From Lytechinus pictus (Eukaryota): a stretch of 64,000 nt of DNA. Below, piece after piece: positions 27,401 to 41,700 of the stretch. Within the stretch, counting starts at the first letter, position 1, and every line of letters begins with the position of its first letter. Where the stretch lies: NCBI RefSeq assembly GCF_037042905.1, contig NC_087246.1:2854001-2918000 (forward strand). Reading direction: 5' to 3'. The notes beneath the pieces were generated by a model. It saw nothing but the letters and a program-made list of their open reading frames with translations. It made no database searches and was not told where the DNA came from. Position numbers and translations under genes: made by a program.

Positions 27401-30375
27401 CAAGATTGAGATCAGTATCAGTGCTAGATCTTTAATTTTGGGCAATCAATCAATCTTCTACAAATTTACAAAGGCCAGGGGTGGTGCCAATTAAAAAAAT
27501 AACATGATCCAGATCTCAACTCTAATCCATTTCAACCACAATGCACATGAAACATATTTTATTCTATTGTACGTACACACATACAATAGACCTCTATGCA
27601 TCGCATTGCACACATCTAGCATCCATTGCACAGATTTCAATCACACTGTTGACATTGAGATTTTTAAAGAAAAATTATGGAGTTTTTTAACTGCATTTTC
27701 ATTAAAAATATTCCAACAAACTAGCATGTTGCCTAATAAGAACAGACCACAGTAGTCATGTAAATGAACATATTTATTTTCATTCATTTTACACCTGTCC
27801 AGCTTTCTATAACTCAAGGTGGTTTTTAAAACCATCGGTTGAACCCATGGTTTATGCCTATTTCCTGTAGAAATTACACTTATTTACCACGTATATTAAA
27901 AGAATGTCCAATGCTGATGCGCGCTTTTGTCACAGTGCGCGAAATCGACGCCTGTTGCCATGGTTAAGTAGGCTATTTTATTCATGAGTCCACTGTTTAA
28001 AGAGTGGACTCATTAATTCAAAACAGTGCACTCATGAATAAAATAGCGTGGATAACCACTGCAATAGGCGTCAATTTCGCGCACTGTGACAAAAGCGCGC
28101 ATCTACATTGGAAATTTTTTAATAGACGCGGTAAATGAGCGTAATTTATACTGGAAATCTACATAGACCATGGGTTCAACCAATGGTTTTAAAAACCACC
28201 TTTGTGAATTCGGGCCAGTAAGTTTACAAGCATACATGTAAATTTTGTTCAAGACTCACGTGTTGGTGGAGAAAATAATTTCTATTCATTTATAACTTGC
28301 ACAGCTTTGTGTGTAAGCAGGGAACGTTACAAATTTCTATACAACAATATTAAAAGGTATGGAAATATGAATAGACATGAAGTCTAGAAGTACCCTGATT
28401 TACTATGAATAGATGGAAGTCTATTTACCTTGGGTAAATTTCAATAGCAGTGTAGTTAATTGGCTTTCTCTTTATTGCAATGGTCACTTCAGTCTTATTC
28501 AGGCTCATTTTTACCTTCAGGACATGTACTGTAAAACGCTTTTATTTTTGCGAGATTAATTTTTCGCACTGGGTGCCTTCAAAACATATTCGCGGGTTCT
28601 TGAATTCGCGCTGCACACTCCATAATCACAAAGTTACTTCCTTCTTGCCCATCTGTGAATGGTTTTAATTAACTTTTCAGCTACGAAATTGTATTTTCTG
28701 ATTGGACAAAGATACCAAGTATTTTTACCACGTTTACTTCATTCAGAGTCTGGTTGCCTAGTTCAACATTCAGTGGTGGGAGAGGATTAAAGTTAAAGTC
28801 TACTCTCATCACTTGACATTTACTAGCATTCAATCTCATGTTGAGTTAATCAAGTGTGTTATGCGCCGTACTGATCACAACCTGTGTTCCAGCTTCACCT
28901 AGTGATGTATGACACTTCACATTCGGGACAAACCCAAGAATCTAGGAGCCAAGCGAAGGGATGACAAGAACAGCTTTAATGAATAGGATGAGGATTAGGA
29001 TTTGGTTTTTTACATTTAGCCAAATCTGGACATTTCCATACAAGAAATAGAAATTGTATCCAGATCAATTACATTGAATGTTGTTTATAAAGACGCGGTA
29101 AAGGGAGCCAAAAGTCTTTATGAGCAAGTGGTCTTTATTGACAAGTTTTTTTAATACATGATTAAATGGAAAAATGATTAGGGAAACCAATCTAGTGGTC
29201 TTTATATGTAGTTGGTCCTTCCAAAAAGGTGGTTGATGAAGCAAATCTCACTATATTTTTAATTTATTTTACTGTTATAGAATTTGAAAATGAAGATAAT
29301 GCACAATATATCAAAATTTAGTGCTGGAATTATATCTCTACCATTGAATTGTCCTTATTATAATTTATTACTTACACTTGAAACTTTGATTAAATATAAT
29401 TTCTTTATATTCTTTTTCAGGTATAATAACTTTGAGCATGACCCACTGTCTGCTTGTGATTGCAACCCACCATACAGCGCAGAGAATGCCATCGCTGCAA
29501 GATCTGATCTGAATCCGGTCAAAGGTCACTATCCATTTTCAGCTCTTGGTCATCGTTTACATGGAGCTACAGACATGAAGGTAATACAGTTAAAAACCTC
29601 ATGGTCAAGAGTTACTGACCCATTTCTCTCAATCAGTGAGTTTAAATCTAACTCCTGTGATTAATTGTCTTTTGCGAGAACTTTATCTTTTTGGGTTTGC
29701 TTGTTACAAACTCATTCATTGTCAATTGTGATGAAATAAGATTCCAGCTACAACCCTAGATGTAACACTTAGCAGGTCCTTCCATTGACTTTGGTTAGAA
29801 GTATATTGGTGATGTTATAGCAAACAGTTAACACTCCTGCCAGACAATTACATCTGTCCAACTATGGTTATATTATTATTCCCATCTCCACAAAGATATA
29901 GAGGGTTCATGCTTATACACATGTTCGTTGATCTCTCCCAAATGATCTCCTTTTGGTATATTAGATAGTGTTTCTGTCAAAACGTCACCTGAAGAAGTGC
30001 CTATTTAATGCCTCCTTTTCTTAATTGTCTTTTAGTCTTGTCTTTACTTCTTGCTGTATATTTTTCTTCTCCTTTCTTTCATTTTGCCTTTATTTAGCAC
30101 TCTGCTTTAGTGGATCTGGTGCTTTTTACATCTATTATCATTGTTTACAGCTCTGTTTTAAGAATATATACTTAGAAAAGTTTTGTAAATGTTTATTTTA
30201 CTAGGTAACTACAAGTTCAATGATGAAGAGTCTTTCAATGATTGCTGTTTGTGGACCAACCCATGATCAACAACCTCCTTTCCAGTGGAGCAAGTCTGAA
30301 TTCAACCAAACTCTTCACCTAGGTCATCCTGACTTGTTTGATTTCAAACCCATTGAGGTGGTATGGTCTGATTAG
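18439..30375 (+). CDS. PLBD2: Phospholipase B-like 2 (lysosomal Ntn-hydrolase), 11 coding exons, 560 aa
   Basis: Exons: 18439-18662, 20273-20516, 21610-21704, 22732-22949, 23622-23713, 24263-24423, 25627-25719, 26296-26367, 27141-27293, 29421-29580, 30205-30375. All introns are GT-AG with consistent phases; total 1683 nt. N-terminal signal peptide MKLASILYLCLSASLAII. Motifs: QAYAAGLAEG, GHCSALIK (nucleophile Cys), SGDDFY, ETTIGN, YNSGTYNNQWMIVDY, YWPSYNIP, CDCNPPYSAENAIAARSDLNP, GPTHDQQPPFQWS. AATAAA at 30412. Confidence 0.95.
19242..20244. mobile_element. piggyBac-type MITE with a nested Kolobok-type MITE (~19458-19786)
   Basis: TTAA|CCCTAATTTAACTGGGA...TCCCATTTAAATAAGGG|TTAA. The nested part is homologous to 32678-33265. 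Confidence 0.75.
21848..22434. mobile_element. Kolobok-type MITE
   Basis: TTAA|AGGAGAATGAAAC...GTTTCATTCTCCT|TTAA with internal inverted arms. Confidence 0.8.
24486..24919. mobile_element. PIF/Harbinger-type MITE
   Basis: GTGTTTACA...TGTAAACAC ends and many GCCGATGCAGAATCGGC subrepeats. Confidence 0.65.
27816..28216. mobile_element. Palindromic MITE (Harbinger-like), same family as 39400-39687
   Basis: AAGGTGGTTTT...AAAACCACCTT inverted arms. Confidence 0.7.
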
Positions 30376-31056
30376 ACGAGGGAAGACATTGGTCATTGGG
30401 ATGTTTGATACAATAAACATAAAAGAATTCAAGAGAATATATATATATATATAGAGGGTAACAAGATGTTTATTATGGGCCTAACCCCTTAATTTTTCAT
30501 GTCACAGTAGAAAAGGAGGAGAGGAAGAGAGTGCAAGAGTGTGTGCAAGAGAGAGAGAAGAGGGGGGGGGGGTGCTAAAAGGAAGGTGGGAGAGAACTTT
30601 CAATGTTGTCCAGTCTTGATGAAGTCAGTGTTACAACATGAATACAACATATTAACTGATTTGTAATAAAAATAGGAACTGTTACCAAAGAACTTGTGGA
30701 GTTCACTTTTAACTGGAATTCTACACATTGTGATTCTACAGAATATTTGCAATTGTATGTAAGAGTAGGTAATAAAATGAGTATTGACAGAAGGATTTGA
30801 ATTGAGACAGGACAGAATTTTGAGGCTGCAAGGAATAATCCAAAATAGAAAGAGGTAAAGGATTAAAACATGCACATGTAGATTTTAGAGTATTTTTTAT
30901 TTTTTAATTGAGCACTGTGGAAAATTGTTGTTTAAAGGAGAAAAATTAAAAGAAATCAAATTTGTACTTGATTCTAATTTTAAGATTCTAATTTTAATTG
31001 TCACTGATGTAGATGGCGCCAAAATATTTCTCATGTATTTTCATATAAGGGGTATA

Positions 31057-31938
31057 CAGTGCAGATAAAAAAAGTTTACACTTTGAAATAATCCTGTAAA
31101 ATTATATATTTGTAATATCTTGAATATTTTTCCACGATATAACTGTTGAAAAATCTTTCCGCTTGAGTGGCCACCACTTGCTTTTGAAAAGTTCGTGAAA
31201 ATGATTTGTGCAGAACTTGGAAATAGTTATATGAATAAAAGTAGCTAGGCAGATTGATTTGAAGATATTGTTTACCTTTTTAATTTGTTTCCTGCTCAAG
31301 ACACTTCAGAGAGCGCCATTGGCCCCCCCCCCCCCCACACACACACCGAGGCTATCGTGATATGCTGTGATTCACATGAAATGGCTTAGGCTTGATTTTC
31401 CTTCATTGTCAAGTTTGGAAAAGTGTGGAGAAACTAGTACGGTATTAAATGAAGTATGAAATATAAACCCACTTTTAATGATAAATTATTGCTGGAGATG
31501 TCTGAAATAAACTTTTGTTTACATTCAGTTATGTCCTCAGATCCAGCTAGCACAAAAAAGATAAAGGTTGAGCTTACCGGTACCTCAGGTTAAAATTTTA
31601 ATTTGTGTGGCAAAGTTGTTACAAAATGTTTATATGTATCTGGCTTAATTGGCTGAAAATGTAAAAGAAAAGTGTGAGAAATGTACCACAATCAGTTTGT
31701 TTTTGCCTTTTTTCCTTTACTCAGCGTGAAAATGAGCATTTCTGCACAAACCGTTTTCTGCGAGCTTTACAAAAATGCACAGTGCTCACTTAAGTGCAAC
31801 AGTCTCTCAAATTTTTTACTTCCATTTGATAGATGAGACCGAAAACCAAGAATATATTTAAACGAATTATCCTCATGTTTTATAATTCTTAATTCCCAGA
31901 ACCTTTTCAAAGTGTAAACTTTTAATTTATACGCACTG
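31057..31938. mobile_element. Tc1/mariner-type MITE
   Basis: TA|CAGTGC...AGTTTACACTTTGAAA and its inverse ...GCACTG|TA. Confidence 0.8.
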
Positions 31939-32677
31939 TATAACAAGAATATTACAAATAAATTTGACTACCAGTAAGTCAAATATTTTGAGACTACAGA
32001 TATCTGTTTGAATTATATGAGGTATATAACACATGATTTGTATAATCTGGTAAAAAAACTGGACAGACTTGTGCCAATTTCTGACTTTTGGAGAGTTAAC
32101 TTATTATGGAAGTTTGCCCATACTCTGAAATTGGAGGTAGTTGTGTGTTTCAATTCTGTTGGAATACATGCTGGAAATGAAATACAAATACCATTATGTT
32201 GGGGGGGGGGAGGTTTTGGAATAGATGGCAATTTCCTTTAAAAAAACTACAGAAAAAAAACCTTCTTTGATCATGTTAAGGCTTTCATTTCATGTTTGAT
32301 CTTTGCATATTTTCCATGATCTGAAATAAATTATGTGCAATGTTGTGAGTGTAAAGAGGTTTGAGTGAAGTTAAAGAGGAGTATTTCACAGAGAACAAAA
32401 TTGACTTGAATTGCTCTTAAATTGGGACCAACAGGTTTCACTCTAGTAGTCGGTCCTATGAAGAATGTGTGATTTGAGTGATATTATTATTTTGACAATG
32501 ATACATCATCTTTCTATAACAATGATGGTGAAAAGTGGTTATAGAAGAACTGTCCTATGAGGAAAGGGGGTGCAAAGACGGTGGTTTCCTCATGGTAGAA
32601 ATCTACCCAGGAAAGTGTTCCTTATATCTCTCCTACGGGTGAGAGGAACACTTGGCAGTGATGGCCTACCTTTTTAA

Positions 32678-33265
32678 AGGTCAAGTCCACCCCAGGAAAA
32701 TGCTAACTTGAATAGAGAAAAATCAAACTAGCATAGTGCTGAAAATTTCATCAAAATCGGATGTAAAATAAGAAAGTTATGACATTTTAAAGTTTCGCTT
32801 ATTTTTCACAAAACAGTGATATGCACAACTAGGTGAGTCAGTCGATGATGTCCATCACTCACTATTTCTTTTGTTTTTTATTGTTTAAATTATACAATAT
32901 TTCATTTTTTATAGATTTAACAATAAGGACCAACTTGACTGAACCATATAGTAGTAAACAATGCTAATTCTACATGTTCAGGGAGTAATTAATTGTTGTA
33001 TCACTTGACAATGAGGAGAAAATTAGAATATATCATATTTCATATAATAAAATACAAAAGAAATAGTGAGTGGATGATGTCATAGTCTCCTCATTTGCAT
33101 ACCAGCCAGGATGTGCATATAACTGTTTTGTGAAATTAAGCAAAACTTTAAAATGTCAAAAGTTTCTTATTTTACATCCCGATTTTGATGAAATTTTCAG
33201 TGTTATGCTTGTTGGATTTTTTTCTTTTTATATAAATCAACTTTTTGTTGGGGTGGACTTGTCCT
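32678..33265. mobile_element. Kolobok-type MITE
   Basis: TTAA|AGGTCAAGTCCACCCC...GGGGTGGACTTGTCCT|TTAA. Confidence 0.8.
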
Positions 33266-34539
33266 TTAAGGTGTGATTTTAGTCAAATCTTAGTTCTTGT
33301 GATACTCCTCATACATCATGCTTTTCCCCTCATGGTGTATGATTTATGTATTGTCTTCATATAAACATTTATATTATGTTTCTCCATATAAAAATAGTAC
33401 AAAGTATAACTACATCATAAAATAAGAATAGAGTTTAATGAATAAACAGTAAAATCAGAGTAGTATATTGATAAACCTTTGATTTATCTGGTTAGTGTGA
33501 TGACTTGAATGTCTGATGAAGCTTGCAGCCATGCATGTGAAAGCTACAAAAAAAAAGGTAAAATTTCATGATTGTGAAAAAAATATTTTCTCAACGAAAT
33601 ATCAGTATTTTATGCATTCCAATCATACATGTCTCAATGGAATAGAGATCTTATTGGAAAATATTCCCCATATAAACAATGAAATTTCCCTGCTTTCGAC
33701 TTCCTTTTCTAACATATGTCAGAACTAATTTTGGTGTAATATCTATGTATCCTTGAAATATATGCTCCATAATTATAAGCAAAACAATTTTTTTTTCATT
33801 CAAAGCCACTTTTGCAAAGTCCACATTTCACATTCTCATTGTTGTATACTAATGTGTATTTTTTTATTTTGAATGGAAAGTGAAAGAATAAAAATATTGT
33901 TTTCACGTAAATACATGGGTGTGTTTTTGTTGTTGTTTCATGAGGTCTGTGCATTTCCAAATTTTGAATAGATTTTACCAGTAAAGAACGTTTAGTAAAC
34001 AAATTAAAGATATTCTCAGTACCTGTGTGTAATCTTTCACCTTATCTCCTATGAGATACTACTTCAGATACTTCTTTTAGTCATCCTGATGCATAGTATA
34101 TATTTTTGTGTTGACATTGTTTTCTCAGATATTTAGGATATGTTCAAATTTAAAAATGTTCAAATGAAAGGACATCGATCATAATTTCAGAATATTTTTT
34201 CTAAGTCTCCTTTCTTTCTGGATGGCTCATAAGGTTTTTTTTTCAATTTTAGAATTGCCCTTTACTACTCTCCTGAATCTCATCCCAAGAAATAACAACT
34301 TGCCCTGAATCAATCAGATGCAATGATTAAGACAGATCACCTTGTGGAATGCTGCTAAGGGTTATTGAATGTTGCCATCACTGACAAGTTTTCATTCAAT
34401 GACAACTTAAGATAGGTCATTGGTTTTGATTGGATAAGAAGCACTGTTGTAACTTAACCCTTAAAGGCCAGGGGGGGGCGGATTCCACCCCCTCCCCTCT
34501 ATATTTTTTAACGATAAATCCGCCGTGCTATAACTCATA

Positions 34540-34800
34540 ACTCGTCATGTCTACATCTTTTAGAAGAGATGATCAGATGACATGATCATGGATCCGAGAT
34601 CTTGTCATCTGATCATCTCCTAAGGATGTTGACATGACGAGATCAAAGATCTTGTCATCTGATCATCTCTCCCACAGGATGTAGACATGACGAGATCCAA
34701 GATCTTGTCATCTGATCATCTCTCCCACAGGATGTCAACATGACAAGATCCGAGATCTCGTCATCTGGTCATTTTTTCTAAGGGATGTATACATAACAAG
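34540..34800. repeat. ~53-bp tandem repeat (about 4 units) preceded by one inverted unit
   Basis: GACATGACGAGATC...GATCTTGTCATCTGATCATCTC units at about 34578, 34631, 34684 and 34737. Confidence 0.8.
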
Positions 34801-37487
34801 ATTATTATCTGAACATGTGGGTGGCACTTATAAAGCTTTCATAGTCCAAGGCTGATCTCGAGACAGATGTTAAACCAGTGACTCAACGGTTGTCTAACCA
34901 AACATGCAAATAAGAGACTAATACCATGCACATTATTACCACATATAAATGCAAATTCTTGTTTCATCCTATAAGGTTGAATTTAATATCTTATACAAAA
35001 TTGTATCATTTGACATCAGATAAAACAAGGAGGAATAACAATGTTCAAGGCAAAATATTGAGTGATACATATTCAAATATTGAAAAAGAACATGATTTAA
35101 ATATCCTTGGCAGCATTCAGTTTCTGTTCCTTAGTCATTAACCCTGACGATAAGTTTTCAAACGTTAGCAGAAAAAAACAGAAAAATATTGGTGAAGGTT
35201 TGATAAAAATCCAAGGAATAAGAGTAATAAATTCTTAAATTGTGACATATTAAAGATCTCGAACAGCTCCTCATATATCATGTACATGTAATATAAATTC
35301 CATACATTCAAATTCTAAAATTGAACACGATGAATATTTAAAATTTGAATATTTTTCTTACAGAAACGGGTATGAAATTACGTGTCTGATGATACATCCA
35401 CCCTGCAAATAAAATAACTGTCAATTTCATGAGAAAATTGAATTTTAAAAATCCCTATCACACGGCAGATGGAAGAGCTGTTCGTCCATGACGTCACAAA
35501 TCAAAGCTTTGAAAATACATATTCACATTATTCTTTGACGGATTTTTATCCTACTATTACCAATTCTCTACTTTTCTGCTGTTATTGAAACCAACTTTAA
35601 TATCAGGGTGAACATACTTTCCTGATTCTAACAAGAAATAAGGACAACATCAAGAAGCGGGCTTTTAATGTTACTTATGACTTATGATCCCCGATACATC
35701 AATTTTTGTTTCAAATCTGTCTTGAGCCAATCAAATGTGAGGATATCAGTAGTTAATAACAAATAGCTCATAACAGTGAAAAAAAAAATCATTTGTTTCA
35801 TGCACTGCTCCCTAGGTTTCAAATCAGATGAACTTGCTTTTCAATGGATTGGTATTAAACCATAACAATTGGTCTACCACAAGTTTGGAGGTTGTATATT
35901 ATAACGGTCAATATATCAAAGAATTTAATTAGTGCAGAATGTCTTGCTTACGTTGCTTATTACTGAGCAATTAATAATTTTCTACTACAATAATTTGACA
36001 CATGATTTTTATCGATTCATACGTGTACAAACACCCAATGGTCAATTCATGGGATTCTGTTATTCATTTTATGACCGTTACCACACCTGGAATTTATCTT
36101 TCAAGGAAAAAAGGAAATACACTGAAGTGTGTGAAAGATTACAAAAAAGGGGGAATATGGAAAGACTTTGAAAGAAATAGCACCAGAGAAAATAAAGTTA
36201 TAGCGTTTGAACTTTGAAAGATGATATGGGTTTAGATAACTTTCAAGTTGGATGAATGGAAACAAAGCTTCCAATATTGAAAATAAACTAAACTGAACTA
36301 AAGCAAAAATACCTTCAAAAGATTATAAAAAATCTATAGCAAAAGAGAGGAAAAAGTTTGTAGAATTTACACACCAGATAATAAAGCACAAAAAACAAGA
36401 ATGCAAGATAAGTAATGTCTAGAAGATACACATTGCTTTGCAGTGACAAAATGGAACAAGAGATAAAAGTTAAAATTCTTGTTTAAGAACAAGATCTGCC
36501 TGTCATTTAATATCACAATGTCCTATCGTAACCATCAATAGACGCTGGAACCAGAAGAATGGACTCATGATGAAATAATTAAGAAACTCACACACATTCT
36601 GACACAGTGTTGAAACTTGAAATACAATCTTAAAGTTACTACTATTTGAGGTAGTAATGGAACATTGGCAACTATTTTTTTTAATCATGATAGGTAAATA
36701 ACAAGGATAAGAACATAAAAATGAAGGATAATCTGGGACTTGGGCTAGGGTCTGATTGAACAAATTGTTTATCAAATATGATAAAAGGGTTCAGATTATA
36801 AACTTGTCTATCTGAGAGGAAGGACAAGAATAATATCTCTGATACAAAGGCATACTTCTTAGGTTTATTCCAAAATATGTGGATGTATACAAAGTGTTGA
36901 AGCGAAGATGAGCAAGTAGACATTGCCTATATTGAGGACACCCTACACACATGAAATAAGGCCAGGGAGCCGTTTCATAAAGCTGTTCGCAAGTTAAGAG
37001 TGACCATGACAAAAAACTTCCATTTGAGAACATTATACCCCAGTTTCCCTTCTCATCAATTCTCTTCTCCAAGTACGACAAACCCTAACTGCCCCAAGCA
37101 AGCAATTTAAGTATCAAAACACCTGTTTCTTGACGTCGGTCCGAAGATAACACAACAGCCCGGCATATATACAGTCACAGCAGGGGGCCACACGCGATGG
37201 GATGCATGCGCAGCGCTGAGTGCGGTCCCTAGCTGCAAAGCATGCCGTCATTTTTATTCGCTTACTTTCCTTATTTCGAGGTCGATTTTCTTCGTTCGAA
37301 ATTGAAAATTGACTAACATTGGATTACTGAATACAATATGCATTTGAAAACGTGATTAAATATCGAATACAATAATTTCATTCCGAAGGTCCTACTACAG
37401 GCAGAGAAGTCTTACGTAATAGCACAGCTGTTGTTTATCTTTTTGTCCTTTGCTCAACGCTCATATACTGGCCTGTGGAGGTGAAAG

Positions 37488-37967
37488 TAGGTGGTTTCAG
37501 ACCGCCTCGAAGTTCGCCAGTTCCAGGTATTCTCTGATCAGGAAATTTACCCCGATCAGAAAATACCAGGTATTTTGGCGGTCTGAAAGCAAACTACGCG
37601 TAATATCCCCGAAAGAAAATACCCGATAAATAGTAGGTACTTGGCGAAATTACGAGAACTTTCGCGGGGATTTTTCCAAGGTCGTGGGTATTTTGGCGGT
37701 CTGAAAGCAAATTACGGGAACTTTTAGCCCAGCGTGTCGTTGGGTGCGGCGCCGTGCATGGGTTGCTGCTGGGCTAGTGATTTTGAATTTCGCGCCTTGC
37801 TGCTTATCAGACCATACTGCGCATGCTCGTAACTTCAGGAACTTATCCCGAAGGGTATGTTTCAGGGCGGTGTGAATGCAGGAATAATTAATGGGTATTT
37901 TTCAGCCTAAAAAAGTTCTCGTAATTTAACGGGGATTCTTGTGATCGAGGCGGTTTGAAACCACCTA
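37488..37967. mobile_element. MITE (Harbinger-like)
   Basis: TAGGTGGTTTCAGACCGCCTCGA...TCGAGGCGGTTTGAAACCACCTA. Confidence 0.7.
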
Positions 37968-38258
37968 TTGAGACAGCGGGGATTACCCCTGGATTACCTG
38001 GCCAAGCCCGGTTGATGAGGGCTTGGAAATGATTTTTGGGAGATCCCAAATGGAAAATGGGGTATAACACCGCAGTTTGCAATCTGAACTGCGGTCTTCC
38101 TCCAAACGGGGGTTTGACGTAATGCTTAAGAACAATTGGTGATCCTTTCTTACGCGCTAAATAATCACTAATGAACATGTAATGGTGAATATCATTTACC
38201 ACAAGAAAGGATAACCAGTCGTTCTAAAAGTCATTATTAACTTATGAAACACCCACCT

Positions 38259-38416
38259 GGGCTCCGTAACACAAAGATTAGCGATCAATCGCTAAATGAA
38301 CTGACCAATCAATATCAATGTTACACGCGCATTAGGGTTGAAATAGTGACCAGGGACCAATCAGTGCGGTTCTTTCATATTTGCAATTCATCGCAAACGT
38401 TTGTATTACGGAGCCC
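38259..38416. mobile_element. Short MITE
   Basis: GGGCTCCGTAACACAAA...TTTGTATTACGGAGCCC TIRs. Confidence 0.7.
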
Positions 38417-38793
38417 AGGATTCATTGTACAAAAGGCCAATGGGTACATCTGACTTGGACAAAGGAAATCCAATGCCCTACTAAATATGGCCAGGCCATC
38501 TATTCTTTTATCTTCATTACTGCTAGTGTCATTTTGAAGGTGTACTTATGATTGGTTGAAGTGTGCAAAATCAAAATTGTGAAATGTTAAACCAATGGCA
38601 TTGCACAGATCTGATCACTACGACAATTAAACGAATAAGAGCCCTGGTGGCCCGCTCAACTCAATTCCTGATAATGATTAAACGGAATTTAGAGGAAAAT
38701 TGAATTGAATATGGCAAATACAGTATGAGCACAGAACCAATCTTATGAATATGCATCTGACACTTGTCTACAATCTCTATGACCATACTACTA

Positions 38794-41700
38794 TTATGAA
38801 TCACTCGATGCATCTAATACATTGATAAGTTCTTTGAAGTCAGTCACAAACCACTGCGCTCCTTCCTGTACCTTAGATCTGATCTGATTCCCTCCAAACC
38901 CAATGAAGGCATCCTATATCAGAAGACAAAAAAACCACAAGTTTAACAATGTTCTAACAAATGGTAGCCAAATGAATCTTCTGAGGCCAAGTTCACCCTA
39001 AAAATTTTTTTAAATAAATATAGGAAAATGAACGATAACTTTGAAATTCTATCGCAACTGGATATAAATAAGAATGGTTATACCTTTATTATGATTTTCA
39101 CCAATATTACGATTTTCACCAAAAAAATTAACATTAATGAAATTTTTACTTCTAATAATATGTGCCATGAATTTTATGTCATAAATTCTGAAAATCCAAA
39201 TAAGGTTTTCAATCTTTATCTAACAACATGTTTGGACATTCTAAGTCACTATCATTTAATGTTTCTAATCAGGACATTCTAAGTCACTATCATTTAATGT
39301 TTCGTATCAGGATTGTTCATATTTAACTAGTATTAACCATTGCACAATTGAAATTATGTAGCAGCATATAGTGTTACTGATGCCAATATGAATCATTATG
39401 GCCCAAAGTCACAAAGGTGGTTTTGAAAACCATCGGTTGAACCCATGGCTCATGCAGATTTCCTGTATAAATTACGCCTAATCTATTGCATATAAAAATG
39501 AGTCCACTCTCCAAAACAGTGGACTCATGAATAAATTAGCACATTTAACATGGCAACAGACAATGGTATTACAAAAGCGCGCATCAGTATTGGAAATTTT
39601 TCAATATACGTAGAAAATAAGCGTAATTTATACAGAAAATCTGCATAAACCATGGGTTCAACCGGTGGTTGTACCACCTTTCGGGCCAAAGTGAACAATT
39701 AATGCAAGTTAGCATAGAAAATTAATATTGTGTTGAAAAGTTTAAATGAATGTACTTACAGCAGGAGGGACTGCTTCCATGTCTGTAGCTCCATCTCCTA
39801 TCATGACAAGGTGTTTATAGCCAAACTTCTCCTTCAAGATAGACATCACCTTTGGCTTGCCTCCTGTACTACATGTTGGCTGGGACTCATCAAATGCCAC
39901 ATACTTCCCTATATAACAAAATAATAATCAGATATTCATACCCATTTATTCTTTCAGGTATACAATCAAGGCAAATTGTTCTTTATATATAGGTTTTTCT
40001 AGGAATGTTTGAATAATTTAAAGACAGTTCTGGCTTCTAGTTATTTGTTTGTAGTTTATCATGACAGTGCCATGCATGGACCAGTAATGGTCATTTGGTA
40101 TAGAGACATTGCCTGCCTAGTCAAGGATTCTGCCAGTTACAAGATTGTTCCTGATTTGCTTTTTAGGTTGAACATACAATCTTGTTCAGTGGGTCCAAGG
40201 CAAAAATGACTTCGCATGTACGTATGTTTATCACAATTATATCATTCAAAAGCAAATGCATTATGAACAAAACACACAAAATTTGGAAGACCCACTAAAC
40301 AAGCTGAATACAGAAACAATAATACATAAATAATTTATGATTGAAAAGGGAAGAAAAGCCTATGAAGATGAAAGAACTTATTGAAAAAGAAATTCTGTGA
40401 TTTTTCATGTAGTGATATTTGAATCCTGATGCTCACCACACACATGTAATTCAAATAAATAGATAGATAGATAGATAAATAAATTCTATCTTGATGAAAA
40501 TCTTGTTTTAAAGGCCTTAATTAAATTTCAACAAAATGGAATGATAAATTAGTAGGATACAGAAAAAATAACTAAAACAAACAAATTAATGAGGAAGTTA
40601 GTATAATACATGAATGAATAAACACATACATCAATAGTTGAATTACTGAATGAATAAAGAAAAAATAAAAGAATAGTTTACTTGCCATCATAGTCAAAGA
40701 GAAGTTTATTAGCATAGATGTTCTCTACTGGGATGTTGAGTTTCTCTGCAAAGCTTCTTACTATGCATGTAAATCCTCCTGTTACTAAATAGATAGCTGT
40801 TCCTCGCTCCTGAAGTTTGCTCACCAAATTCCTACAAAAATAATAACAACAAAAACATTAAAGATAAATTACCAGTTGTGGTAATGATCTCAAAATGAGT
40901 TTGAACAGAATCCAATAAAATTACCACCAAAGTGTTTGTATGTATAAATACAAAATATGTGGCAAATAGCTCTGGAAGAAAAGGCGTAATTTCTGAGAAA
41001 TGAGCAAAATAAGCACGGAATTCCATCAAATGTCAGGTATTTTTCCAAGCAATATTAATTCACTGTCCCAAATATGCCTTTTTGTGTCAGTGATCATCAG
41101 AAATAAGCTGAAATTTCATGACTGATTTCACAAAGATAAGTTTCAATTCAATGTACCAGATCTAGATGTATGATAATATTTTGACAATAACCTTAAATTA
41201 AAAGACTTTCTCATGAAATAATTGATTGCTGCAACTATTGTCTTTTACCTTTAAGAGCGACAATGACAATAGGATTATGATACTATTTGTTTTCATTTTA
41301 CAGTGAAGGAAGCAATAACACTTAATGTATGATTATTATTCCAAATATTTTGTAATCATTCCTTCCAAACCCCTTGTACTTTGCACATCCTGTTATTGTC
41401 TTTTTTTTTAAACATAAAATGGGGTTTGATTTTGTGTAACATTAAAGTGATTTATTAGAGACACTAAAAAGCAAAATGCAATACCTATTCAGCATTAACA
41501 GGGTATATACACTCACAAATATATTGGTGTATTCCTCTATTTTCAGGTTTATTTTATATTTAGAATGACTACACTTGCCATTAAAATAAATTTTGTTTTA
41601 GAATTTTTCAGATAATGTAGAATACCTGATTTGTGGTTTGTCAACATGTTGTCGAGTGACCTTATACCGACATTGATATTGACAAATGTTTTCAATGTTT

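Noticed and set aside
35140..35170. CTGACGA as another hammerhead core
   Set aside because: There is no convincing stem II or GAAA.
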